Shown here: piece after piece, positions 1-8,425 of the stretch
Numbering within the stretch: position 1 is the stretch's first letter
Layout of the letters: each line of letters starts with the position of its first letter
Assembly: GCA_031316235.1 (NCBI GenBank)
Contig: JALDRA010000001.1
Span: 1,200,001-1,232,000 of the forward strand
Source: Candidatus Scalindua sp.
Lineage (GTDB): Bacteria > Planctomycetota > Brocadiia > Brocadiales > Scalinduaceae
Direction of reading: 5' to 3'
Length of the DNA: 32,000 nt
The notes under the pieces: generated by a model
What the model was told of the DNA's origin: nothing
The model's database searches: none
Seen by the model: only the letters and a program-made list of their open reading frames with translations
Made by a program: the position numbers and the translations under genes

Positions 1-106
1 CCGGTTCTATATCCAGGAGATTTCGGTATGATGTTTCTGCTGCAGCAAGGTTACCATCCTTATGATATTTGAGGGCTTTGTGAAATAAATCCTCGGAATT
101 TTCCAT
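1..106 (-). CDS. TPR-repeat protein, N-terminal fragment (gene continues past the left edge); fifth member of the TPR + GT9-like paralogue family
   Basis: Not in the ORF track. A reverse-strand ATG at 106-104 opens a stop-free frame to position 1: MENSEDLFHKALKYHKDGNLAAAETSYRNLLDIEP. This matches the shared N-terminal pattern of the four complete paralogues (compare MDTINRLFQSALEHHQAGDLVTAAHSYRKILEIEPGH). Confidence 0.6.
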   Translation of the reverse strand, partial: MENSEDLFHKALKYHKDGNLAAAETSYRNLLDIEP

Positions 107-188
107 AGATCATGAAATGCAGATAAATTCTAAAATCATACAAATTTATACTCATCTTATAATGAACAGAGATTTAAAATGGTAATTC

Positions 189-2312
189 CTACAGAATCAT
201 ATCGGCTTCAGTCTCTTTCCCGGAAGTCTTTAACCTGAAATCTTCCACCTCTTTTGTGAGAGCATCCTTCACGCGTTCTATCACTCCTTCCCATCCATCC
301 CGATGTGTCTGCCGAAACAAGCGCATACCAGGGTACCACTGACTCTCTTCACGTTTCAACATCCAGCGCCAATCAGGTGAAAATGGCAGTAATGTCCATA
401 CCGGTTTGCCGAGGGCACCAGCCAGATGTGCAACTGCGGTATCTACCGAAATCACAAGATCAAGATTTTCAATAACGGCTGCGGTATCTGCAAAGTCATG
501 CAACTCTTTTTCCAGATTATGGATTGTCATATTTTCCGGTGGATGCAATGCTTCAGCAGCAGCTCTACCTTTTTGAAGTGAATAGAAGGTCAATTCTGAA
601 ATCTCAGCTAACGGGGAAAAATCATTCAGCGTACAAGAACGATTGGAATAGACATAATTACGGGATGGACCGCCTGCCCAGACAATCCCAGTTTTAAAAG
701 AATTTTTATTGCTGCATATATTACCCCATTCAGCTGAAAGTCCGGGATCAACCTGAATATACGGCCCCCTTGAAGGTATAGTATCCAGTGTTGTTCCAAA
801 GATCCCCGGTAAGCTGAGGAGAGGCACTTGAAAATCGAACATTTCTGACAGCTCACCGGAAGAGTTCCGTGCTAAAATTTTATCAATACCTTCACAGCGC
901 CTTAAGAGAGATACCAGAGCCGGCTGGCATTCAAAAACCACATATCCACCTCGCGACTGAATCATTGGAAGATACCGTACAAATTGAATTGTATCACCGA
1001 AACCCTGTTCTGAATGCACAAGTACAGTCCTCTTGTTGAGCAAGGAACCGTTCCATCGTGGCTTCGGAAAGTTTCTGGAATTGTAACGTTCAGTCCGTAA
1101 TCGCCATTCATACTCCGGCCACCCCTCTTGATAGTTTCCCGACAAGAGCAACGCAATTGATTTATTCAGATGTGCCATGGCAAAGTCTGGCTTGAGAGCG
1201 ATTGCACGGTTACTGCTCGCAACGGCCTCTGCAAGTTTTCCCTGCTCCTGCAGTGCAGCACCAAGATTGCTGTATGCCTCCGCATAGTCCGGTTTCAGGT
1301 TCAGTGCTTTCTGGTAATTCCCGATTGCCTCTTCCAGCCTCCCCTGTTCCTGCAGTGCAGTACCCAGATTACCGTAAACAACTGCATTATCAGGTTCGAT
1401 TCCCACAGCCCTCACATAGTGAGCTACGGCTTCATCATACCTGCCCTGCCTCTTAAATGCATTCGCCAGATTATTATATGCTGCTACATAGTCTGATCTC
1501 AACGCCAATGCTTTCTGGTAATTCCCGATTGCCTCTTCCAGTCTGCCCTGTTCCTGCAGTGCGTCACCAAGATTACAAAAGGCTTCAGCATAGCCAGGCT
1601 CCCGTATGACAGCCTGTCTATAGTTTTTGATTGCCTCATCAAGCCGGTGCTGAGCCTTCAGCACATTTCCAAGATTATTGTACATTTTCCCATGGTCTGG
1701 TTTGATTTCAAGAACTCTTCTATAGATGTCTATTGCCTCATCTAATCTCCCCAATTCCTGAAGTATTGCGCCAAGATTACCACAGATTCCAACATTATCA
1801 GGATCAAGGGTCATTGCCACCTGATAGCTTCTCACTGCTTCATCCAGCATGTTTTCCTCTCTCAACACATTTGCAAGATTGGTATGTATTTCGGCATCAT
1901 GGGGACTGAGCAGCAATGCCTTCCGGTAATTCTTTATCGCCTCGCCAGATTTGCCCATTTTTTTGAGTGTATTGGCAAGGTTGTAATACCCTTCAGCATA
2001 GTCTGGATCAAGTGTAATTGCTTTTTGATAGCTTACGGTTGCCTCATGAAGTCTCCCTAATCCTTGAAGTGAAGAGCCAAGATTACCGTGGGCCTTACTA
2101 TAATCCGGTCTAAGCGCAAGTGTTTTTCGTAACAAGACAGATGCTGCATCAAAATTGCCTGACTGAAGGTTCAGTGTGCCAAGGAGAAAGAGAGTTTCAA
2201 TGTGCCCAGGTTCGATTTCCAGTATCTTGCGGTACGAGTGTGCCGCCGTAACCAAATCTCCGGCCTGATGGTGCTCAAGAGCACTCTGGAATAAACGGTT
2301 AATGGTGTCCAT
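189..2312 (-). CDS. TPR-repeat protein with C-terminal GT9 (heptosyltransferase-like) glycosyltransferase domain
   Basis: 707-aa ORF. The N-terminal ~380 aa are back-to-back 34-residue TPR units (recurring P.YAEAY.NLG..L...G+L.EA...Y.+AL). The C-terminal ~320 aa carry EQGFGDTIQFVRYLP, PLLSLPGIFGTT, NRSC.L.DF.PL, FYSLQKG and DTAVAHLAGALGKPVW. The last block resembles the nucleotide-sugar-binding end of GT9 GT-B enzymes. The start overlaps the upstream paralogue's stop by 14 nt. Confidence 0.85.
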   Translation of the reverse strand: MDTINRLFQSALEHHQAGDLVTAAHSYRKILEIEPGHIETLFLLGTLNLQSGNFDAASVLLRKTLALRPDYSKAHGNLGSSLQGLGRLHEATVSYQKAITLDPDYAEGYYNLANTLKKMGKSGEAIKNYRKALLLSPHDAEIHTNLANVLREENMLDEAVRSYQVAMTLDPDNVGICGNLGAILQELGRLDEAIDIYRRVLEIKPDHGKMYNNLGNVLKAQHRLDEAIKNYRQAVIREPGYAEAFCNLGDALQEQGRLEEAIGNYQKALALRSDYVAAYNNLANAFKRQGRYDEAVAHYVRAVGIEPDNAVVYGNLGTALQEQGRLEEAIGNYQKALNLKPDYAEAYSNLGAALQEQGKLAEAVASSNRAIALKPDFAMAHLNKSIALLLSGNYQEGWPEYEWRLRTERYNSRNFPKPRWNGSLLNKRTVLVHSEQGFGDTIQFVRYLPMIQSRGGYVVFECQPALVSLLRRCEGIDKILARNSSGELSEMFDFQVPLLSLPGIFGTTLDTIPSRGPYIQVDPGLSAEWGNICSNKNSFKTGIVWAGGPSRNYVYSNRSCTLNDFSPLAEISELTFYSLQKGRAAAEALHPPENMTIHNLEKELHDFADTAAVIENLDLVISVDTAVAHLAGALGKPVWTLLPFSPDWRWMLKREESQWYPGMRLFRQTHRDGWEGVIERVKDALTKEVEDFRLKTSGKETEADMIL

Positions 2313-4185
2313 TCGTTTCTCTCTGAAGTTTGTCTTGGAGCAGAGCTGCTTTTACCTGATCAAATACGCTTGCCCAGTCATGTAACGCTGTCTGCCGGAA
2401 CAGCCGCATATCAGGATACCATGGGCTGTCATGCCGGTTTAAAAACCAACGCCAGTCGGGTATGTAATGCAGCAGTACCCATACCTCTTTGCCAATAGCT
2501 CCTGCAAGATGAACAACTGCAGTATCTGTGGAAATGATGAGGTCCAGGTTGGTAATTACGGCTGCTGTCTCAGCAAAATCATTCAGCCTGTTTTCCAGGT
2601 TGACGATCTTCATCCCTTCCGGTGGCTGGAGTGTCTCATCTGAAGCGTTACCCTTTTGAAGACTGTAAAATGTTATTCCAGGAATATCCGCTAACGGTGA
2701 AAAATCAGCGAGGGAACAGGATCGATTACGGTTTTTAAACTTCGGGTTTCCGGACCAGACAATGCCAATCTTGAAGTTATCATCACTGTCAAGGTACCTG
2801 CGCCACTCCTCCGCAGGTTCAGGATCGACAGTAATATAAGGAACTCCGGAGGGTATTGTATCGGTAGTAGTGCCGAAGATTCCCGGCAGGCTCAAGAGGG
2901 GAACCTGGAGATCAAAAGGTATAGCACCATTACTGCGGGACGTACGTTCTACAATATTGTCAATACCTCTGCAATCTTTAAGCAGTCGATAGAGGTTCTG
3001 CCTGCACTCGAATATCACATGTCCCCCCAGCGACTGAACCATGGGCAGGTAACGGACAAATTGAATAGTGTCACCAAAACCCTGTTCTGAATGCACAAAG
3101 ATGTGCCTGCCATTCAACCGTTCACCCTCCCATTGAGGTTGCTGGAAGTCCCTCAGTCTATGATCCCTTGTGAGCAGTCTCCATTCATACTCAGCCCAGC
3201 CTTCCTTAAATTTTTCAGTTAAAAGAAGCACCGTAGCCCTGTTTTTATGTGCCGTTACCTCATCAGGCATAAGTTCTATCGCATGATCATAACTTTCCAT
3301 CGCTTCATCCAGTTGCCCAAGTTCCTGAAGTGCTGAACCAAGATTGCTGTACGCCATTGCATAATCCGGCTTCAGCTCTATCGCATGATCATAACTTTCC
3401 ACCGCCTCGTCAAGCTGCCCAAGTTCCTGAAGCGCGGAACCGAGATTGTTATATGCCATTGCATAATCCGGCTTCAGCTCTATCGCATGATCATAACTTT
3501 CCACCGCCTCGTCAAGCTGCCCAAGTTCCTGAAGTGCGGAACCGTGATTGTTATATGCCATTGCATAATCCGGCTTCAGCTCTATCGCATGATCATAACT
3601 TTCCACCGCCTCGTCAAGCTGCCCAAGTTCCTGAAGTGTGGAACCGAGATTGTTATATGCCATTGCATAATCCGGCTTCAGTTTGATTGCCTGCTTCTGG
3701 CACACAATTGCCTTATCGAATTTACCCTGCGCTTTAAACACGTTGCCAAGACTATAATGAACCAGAGCACACTCAGGTTTAAGAGCTATTGCTTTTTGAA
3801 AGCTATCTGCCGCCTCTTCAAGATTTCCTTTTGCCTGGAAAGCTGTTCCAAGGTTGTAATAAGCCTCGTCGTAATCAGGTTTCAGTTCAATTGCGTATTT
3901 AAACCGCTCTATGGCTTCATCAAGTTTTCCTTGCCCCTTCAGTGCTGTACCTATATTGTTGTGTGCGGCAGTATGTTCGGGTTTCTGTGCTATTACCTGG
4001 AGGAGAAACATGGTCGCCGTATCGAGATGCCCCTGTTGGAGATTAAGCGTTCCAAGAAAAAAAATGGTGTCAAGGTGTCCCGGATGTCTTCTGAGTACCT
4101 CCTTATAGAAGCTTGCTGCGCAGACAAGTTTACCAGACTGATGGAGCTTCAATGCTTTTTTAAATAAAATCTTACTGTTTACCAT
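2299..4185 (-). CDS. TPR-repeat protein with C-terminal GT9-like glycosyltransferase domain
   Basis: 628-aa ORF with the same architecture and the same C-terminal blocks (SEQGFGDTIQFVRYLPMVQ, PLLSLPGIFGTT, DTAVVHLAGAIGKEVW). It contains four nearly identical consecutive TPR units (ELKPDYAMAYNNLGSALQELGQLDEAVESYDHAI). Confidence 0.85.
   Translation of the reverse strand: MVNSKILFKKALKLHQSGKLVCAASFYKEVLRRHPGHLDTIFFLGTLNLQQGHLDTATMFLLQVIAQKPEHTAAHNNIGTALKGQGKLDEAIERFKYAIELKPDYDEAYYNLGTAFQAKGNLEEAADSFQKAIALKPECALVHYSLGNVFKAQGKFDKAIVCQKQAIKLKPDYAMAYNNLGSTLQELGQLDEAVESYDHAIELKPDYAMAYNNHGSALQELGQLDEAVESYDHAIELKPDYAMAYNNLGSALQELGQLDEAVESYDHAIELKPDYAMAYSNLGSALQELGQLDEAMESYDHAIELMPDEVTAHKNRATVLLLTEKFKEGWAEYEWRLLTRDHRLRDFQQPQWEGERLNGRHIFVHSEQGFGDTIQFVRYLPMVQSLGGHVIFECRQNLYRLLKDCRGIDNIVERTSRSNGAIPFDLQVPLLSLPGIFGTTTDTIPSGVPYITVDPEPAEEWRRYLDSDDNFKIGIVWSGNPKFKNRNRSCSLADFSPLADIPGITFYSLQKGNASDETLQPPEGMKIVNLENRLNDFAETAAVITNLDLIISTDTAVVHLAGAIGKEVWVLLHYIPDWRWFLNRHDSPWYPDMRLFRQTALHDWASVFDQVKAALLQDKLQRETNGHH
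3277..3684. repeat. Intragenic tandem repeat, 4 x 102 bp (one TPR unit per repeat)
   Basis: The motif tatcgcatgatcataactttcca recurs at 3277, 3379, 3481 and 3583, an exact 102-bp period. By hand alignment, units 2-4 differ from each other at only 2-4 of 102 positions. Unit 1 differs at roughly ten positions. Confidence 0.9.
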
Positions 4186-4230
4186 AAAAAAACCGATCGT
4201 ATTTTTCTTAAAATTTTTCAGTTATTTTAT

Positions 4231-5175
4231 TCAGTGAAATTCTTTGCTCCAGAAATCAATAAGCTCTCGCTGCTGTCTTTCAGAAGAATATTGAGCGGCC
4301 TTTGCCTGTGCTCCAGCCTTTATCTTTTCTACTGTTTTATCTTTCTTATTTATGAGACCAATTACGTGCCCCAGTGTTCTTGCACACTCGACAAGATTCC
4401 CCTCCTCACACCAGAACCCATTATCTCTGGATGCATATTCTAACCCCCCATCTCCATGAAAACCCACGACTACACAACCACATGCCATCGCCTCTATGGG
4501 AGGTAAACCCAACCCTTCGTAAATACTTGTCGAAAGAAATATTTCAGATTCACTTAGTATCTCCGCAACCTTCTCCTCATTCACGTTATCTATGCGGACC
4601 CAGGGTACCTGTTGATATTGTTTAAACAGAAAACGAAAGAGAGTCTTGATAAAATCCAGCTCTCCAGGCGTTTTTCTGGGCATATATGCTACCTGTAATT
4701 TTTTCTCACGCGGTTTGAAAATGTCTGAACACACCGCATTATGAATAACTGGAACTTCTCCGATTTCAAAAACTGACCGGATAAACCGGCTGATAATATC
4801 TGAACAGCAGAAGATCCTCGATATACCGTAGTCAGCCCACGATTTGCCATCTCTTATACCCTTGAAAATATAATAATGGTTCTGACAGAAGATATATTTT
4901 CTGGCCTGCACATCTCTGAATGCCCGAATTGCCGTTTTATTATCCTCAGGGATAACAACTATATCGTTTGGAGAAACCCGAAAACCGTTTTTAGCATAAA
5001 GTACCGGAACATTGGATTTCAACCAGGGAAGAGTAAAACCTTCATTAATATGAACTACAAATGAAGGAAACCCGTTCCTCACTAAATGGGAAACGTGCGA
5101 ATAGATCACTTTCACACCACCTGAAGGTTCAAGGCAATCGTGACAGATGTATAGGATTCTGCCGTTACTGTTCAT
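4231..5175 (-). CDS. Glycosyltransferase, GT-B fold, GT4/group-1 type
   Basis: 314-aa ORF. It has the N-terminal ILYICHD...PSGGVKV pattern and the C-terminal E-x7-E-type block LSTSIYEGLGLPPIEAMACGCVVVG typical of group-1 glycosyltransferases. It lies 45 nt upstream of, and co-directional with, the TPR/GT9 genes. Confidence 0.8.
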   Translation of the reverse strand: MNSNGRILYICHDCLEPSGGVKVIYSHVSHLVRNGFPSFVVHINEGFTLPWLKSNVPVLYAKNGFRVSPNDIVVIPEDNKTAIRAFRDVQARKYIFCQNHYYIFKGIRDGKSWADYGISRIFCCSDIISRFIRSVFEIGEVPVIHNAVCSDIFKPREKKLQVAYMPRKTPGELDFIKTLFRFLFKQYQQVPWVRIDNVNEEKVAEILSESEIFLSTSIYEGLGLPPIEAMACGCVVVGFHGDGGLEYASRDNGFWCEEGNLVECARTLGHVIGLINKKDKTVEKIKAGAQAKAAQYSSERQQRELIDFWSKEFH

Positions 5176-5407
5176 CTCAAATAGTTTATCCCATTACAAA
5201 TAAATTCAATATTTTTCTCAAGATACTCTTTTCAATGTCCTTCTCCTCACATAACTGCTGATTCATACTGCACGTTCGTGTTCAGCTTTCATCGATTCCA
5301 AAAAGCTTCCCAGAAAAGGAAAGAGGTACCGCCATGTGGTGAATACCATATCGACAATACAGAAAATGTTCCCCGGTTTTAAGGAAAGCATGAGATGTTC
5401 CCGCTCC

Positions 5408-5860
5408 CTATTTCACAACGAACTGATTATAATTTTTAACGGGAAGCGTATCTAAATCCCGGTTATACAGTAACTGCAGTGTCCCTTCAAAGACCCCTCC
5501 TTTTTTTATCACGAATCTGCGACAGGATATTTTGCCACAAAATTTACCATCTTCTAAAATTTTCACGGTACCGGAAGAGGAGAGATGCCCTTTAAACTCG
5601 CCTCCAATGACAGCATTTCCAACAAATAATCGTGAGACTTCCAGCCGATGGTACTTCTCTAAATAGAAATCACTATGTTTTATCGGATCAGTATCTTTTC
5701 CCGGATCTACCCTCTTATAACTGAGATCAATCTGCCCTTTGCAGTGACGACACGGAAACGATACACAATGGCCTGGTACAGAAATGAGTCCCTGGCAATA
5801 TGGGCAGGAGATATCTTTTGCCCTTATATTGGCAGCAACAGGAGTCGCAAGATTATACAA
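5408..5860 (-). CDS. Small protein with N-terminal zinc ribbon and a C-terminal bactofilin-like (polymer-forming cytoskeletal) segment
   Basis: 150-aa ORF with a TTG start at 5860 and AAAGGGGA about 10 nt upstream. Two Cys pairs (CPYCQG...CRHCKG) suggest a Zn ribbon. The C-terminal half, VGNAVIGGEFKGHLSSSGTVKILEDGKFCGKISCRRFVIKKGGVFEGTL, has the short repetitive G-x-hydrophobic beta-helix rhythm of bactofilin domains. It covers only about 60 aa, so the family call is tentative. Confidence 0.45.
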   Translation of the reverse strand: MYNLATPVAANIRAKDISCPYCQGLISVPGHCVSFPCRHCKGQIDLSYKRVDPGKDTDPIKHSDFYLEKYHRLEVSRLFVGNAVIGGEFKGHLSSSGTVKILEDGKFCGKISCRRFVIKKGGVFEGTLQLLYNRDLDTLPVKNYNQFVVK

Positions 5861-5945
5861 ACTTCTGACATCCCCTTTCCTGAATTAAAAAAATACGCAA
5901 TAAGAGAAAACTCGTACGTTAACGGGAACACCGTAGACGAACGAA

Positions 5946-7013
5946 CTAAAACCTGAAAGGTATCAGGGACAGAAGTGTTTCTACAACTTTTCTGAAATAG
6001 GTATTCCTTACATACCTCCAATCTTCCCCATTATCCCGGTTTTCAGATGTTGAAAGATTATGGATAATAGGTAACCCTCGTAATCCTTTTTCCATATTCA
6101 TAGCGTGTGTCCTTCCCGAAGCCTCACCACCGGGCATAACATCTGTAGCAAGATCCAGCACAACCTGGGCGTTATCAAAAATCCTGGTTGTTGCCTTTCT
6201 GCCGATCTTATGATTTCCAATCGTAGCATCAGGTATCGTCTCCAGAGTATTTAATCCGGCAAACAAAAGATCCTCTCCCACATTGATCACACTTCTGGGT
6301 ACCCCCTTCACCACATCTCCCAGTATTGCATCTTTAAAGATTTTTCCAAAAAAATGTTTTATTCTTTCAATTCCACCTTGCGGAGCCACTTCACTTGCAG
6401 GAGTATAGGAGCCAAATGTTAATCCGCTTGCAATATTCTTAAAGAAATGCACCATGGTCTTCGCAAAACCGACCTTTCTCGCCTCTTTTATCTCTCCGCG
6501 ATTATTTACATAGTTAAATTTCGCGCCAATTCCAACATCTTTAGCTGCATTCAAAAGATTTCCACCCGCATCCTTTAAATCCTTCCCTACCCTTTTCGCA
6601 AACGAACTATGGTCAAAATTGTTGCTGACCACACCGGTAGTCTTGTCAATGAAGTAATCGTCTCCACCTGGATTTGATAGCAACTGGTCCTCCTTGTAAA
6701 TCTTATACTGCTGGAGAACTGCTGACTTTGGAAGTTTTCCTATCCCCTTAGGTGATACATATGTTTCCGGATATTGATTCGCCGTGGTTTTCTCTGAAGG
6801 TCTTACCCCGTCTCCTTCCGGCTGAAATATCATCATTTTCTGTTTTTGCCGGTTAAACTGCTTTATACCTTTTAACTCATTATTAAGAAATATATCAAAC
6901 TGATGCAGATCTGCTCTCTCCAGAGTCTCACGGTTTGTTACGGTATTCTTATTAATTGTATTGGGAGATCGTTTGACAGAAACCTTTGAGTTACTCATAT
7001 CTGGAGTATCCAT
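5946..7013 (-). CDS. Hypothetical protein, no recognisable domain (orphan)
   Basis: Long stop-free frame. The track starts it at TTG 7031. I prefer ATG 7013 (MDTPDMSNSK...), and ATG 6998 is also possible. None of these has a convincing SD. There is no signal peptide or TM segment by eye. The N-terminal ~100 aa are polar and low-complexity, and the rest is G/K/D-rich. It sits 85 nt upstream of, and co-directional with, 5408-5860. Confidence 0.6.
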   Translation of the reverse strand: MDTPDMSNSKVSVKRSPNTINKNTVTNRETLERADLHQFDIFLNNELKGIKQFNRQKQKMMIFQPEGDGVRPSEKTTANQYPETYVSPKGIGKLPKSAVLQQYKIYKEDQLLSNPGGDDYFIDKTTGVVSNNFDHSSFAKRVGKDLKDAGGNLLNAAKDVGIGAKFNYVNNRGEIKEARKVGFAKTMVHFFKNIASGLTFGSYTPASEVAPQGGIERIKHFFGKIFKDAILGDVVKGVPRSVINVGEDLLFAGLNTLETIPDATIGNHKIGRKATTRIFDNAQVVLDLATDVMPGGEASGRTHAMNMEKGLRGLPIIHNLSTSENRDNGEDWRYVRNTYFRKVVETLLSLIPFRF

Positions 7014-7031
7014 AGTGCAAGAAACTCGCAA

Positions 7032-7599
7032 AAGAAATACCTAACTGAAAAAAATCGATTAGAGAAGAAAAACAAGCACCTAAGTATCTATAAATTCTAT
7101 CTTTACAACAGCACAACCTTATTTAGCCAACTTGAAACCATAAAGAGTACAACTTTTAAAATGTAGAAAAAAACAACTTGTATCAGGAAAAAGCTTACCT
7201 ATAAAAGAATCGTGAACTCAGCACAAACAGACAACAACACGTTTGCTTTTTAGCAGAAACTCATCCTCACATCGTCAAAACAGAATCAATAAAAATAAAT
7301 ACTATTTTTGTAAAAAATAAGTAAAAAAGCTTGATTTATCATTACAAGTATATAAAATGTATACTTTTTGAAGTCCATTTCTTTCCATAGAAACACCCTG
7401 ATACGTTAAAATTTACGACACACAAGTTTTTTAAAACGTTGTTTTCTTATTGAAAATGATAATTGCTTTTCAAGTTACCTGCCTCCATTTTTACAAAAGA
7501 AACTAGTTTCTACAAAATAACCTTGTTGATTCTGTACGTAAAAAAGCAAAAAACTTCTTCTGTTATCAGTAAATTAAACCTCTTTAAGGTGTGAATTGT
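7032..7599. promoter_or_regulatory. Unusually long, very AT-rich divergent intergenic region (putative shared promoter/regulatory region)
   Basis: About 560 bp with no credible ORF and many A/T tracts, lying between divergently oriented genes (7013 minus, 7600 plus). I could not place a convincing -35/-10 pair by eye, so only the region is called. Confidence 0.4.
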
Positions 7600-8367
7600 A
7601 TGGCAAATCGCAACAGCAAAAAAAAGTCGGGCAGTAATCTTCAGAGTTTTCTCAAAAAAAATTCGTCACAGCTTCAACACGCTGGAAGACAAAGAGAACA
7701 GGCTGAAAAAGAGATAACGTTAAAGAAAAAAAGGCGTCTTGAAAAAAAAACATTGTTAGATTCCGTAATGAAAAAACCAGCGGAAACTGCTGGCTCCATT
7801 GCGATACAGAATTTTGTTGAAACCTTTTCAAATGCTGATACCACTTTGAAAGAAACAACATTCAGGAAAACCAGTAATGAAGAAAAGGATACCCTGGTAG
7901 ACTTTCTTGAGATGAAATCATCACGACAAACACAGATTTTTCAAGAACGTGCCCACGCTGAACCGGAACATGAGAAGCTTCCTGCTGTAAAGAGCCAACC
8001 GACTGGAAAACCATTTGATGACTCAGAAAAAGAGCAGTCTGAAATAAAGGAGAGTCTAAAGAAATGGATTCAGGAACTCATGAATAAGACCCTGGAAGAG
8101 CAGAAGAAGTGGACAAAAGGCGCGATTACCGATATCAAAAAAGAACTGATCCTGAGTGAAAAAAATCAAAAGAAAATAATGAATGAGTTGATAAAAGGTG
8201 TTGTGGAAGAATATATGCAGCCTGTCAAAAATTCGAAGATTGCGGGTTCGGAAAGGGGGGTAACGAAGAGCGAAGAGGAACCAAAAAGGTCGGTTATCAG
8301 GAAGAACGTAAAGAAATCGGTACCACAAGTGGAAAAAGAGAAGATCGCAAAAAACCAACAACATTGA
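7600..8367 (+). CDS. Highly charged K/E-rich low-complexity protein, probably disordered or coiled-coil
   Basis: The track starts at GTG 7591. I prefer ATG 7600, with AAGGTG at 7586-7591. By hand count there are about 44 K and 32 E in 255 aa. The N-terminus is basic (NSKKKSG, LKKKRRLEKK) and there are no TM segments. It ends 58 nt before the actin-like gene on the same strand. Confidence 0.7.
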   Translation: MANRNSKKKSGSNLQSFLKKNSSQLQHAGRQREQAEKEITLKKKRRLEKKTLLDSVMKKPAETAGSIAIQNFVETFSNADTTLKETTFRKTSNEEKDTLVDFLEMKSSRQTQIFQERAHAEPEHEKLPAVKSQPTGKPFDDSEKEQSEIKESLKKWIQELMNKTLEEQKKWTKGAITDIKKELILSEKNQKKIMNELIKGVVEEYMQPVKNSKIAGSERGVTKSEEEPKRSVIRKNVKKSVPQVEKEKIAKNQQH

Positions 8368-8425
8368 GTAAAAAAGTGCGCTAAAAAAGAAAAAGAGATA
8401 ACCCCTTACGTGGAGGAATTTAGTC

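Noticed and set aside
3330-4167. Long plus-strand ORFs (118 aa, 260 aa, 65 aa) antisense to the TPR gene, with similar ones at 1170-1496, 10562-10792, 11182-11415 and 12618-12872
   Set aside because: They are antisense to well-supported TPR coding sequence and repeat with the same 102-bp period. Their products are low-complexity mirror images of TPR codons, and they have no SD. I treat them as frame artefacts.
7346-7366. Palindrome aagtata-N7-tatactt and nearby TTGATT / TATAAA hexamers as operator and promoter
   Set aside because: A 7-bp AT-only palindrome is expected by chance in such AT-rich DNA. The hexamer spacings (14 or 23 nt) do not fit a sigma-70 promoter.
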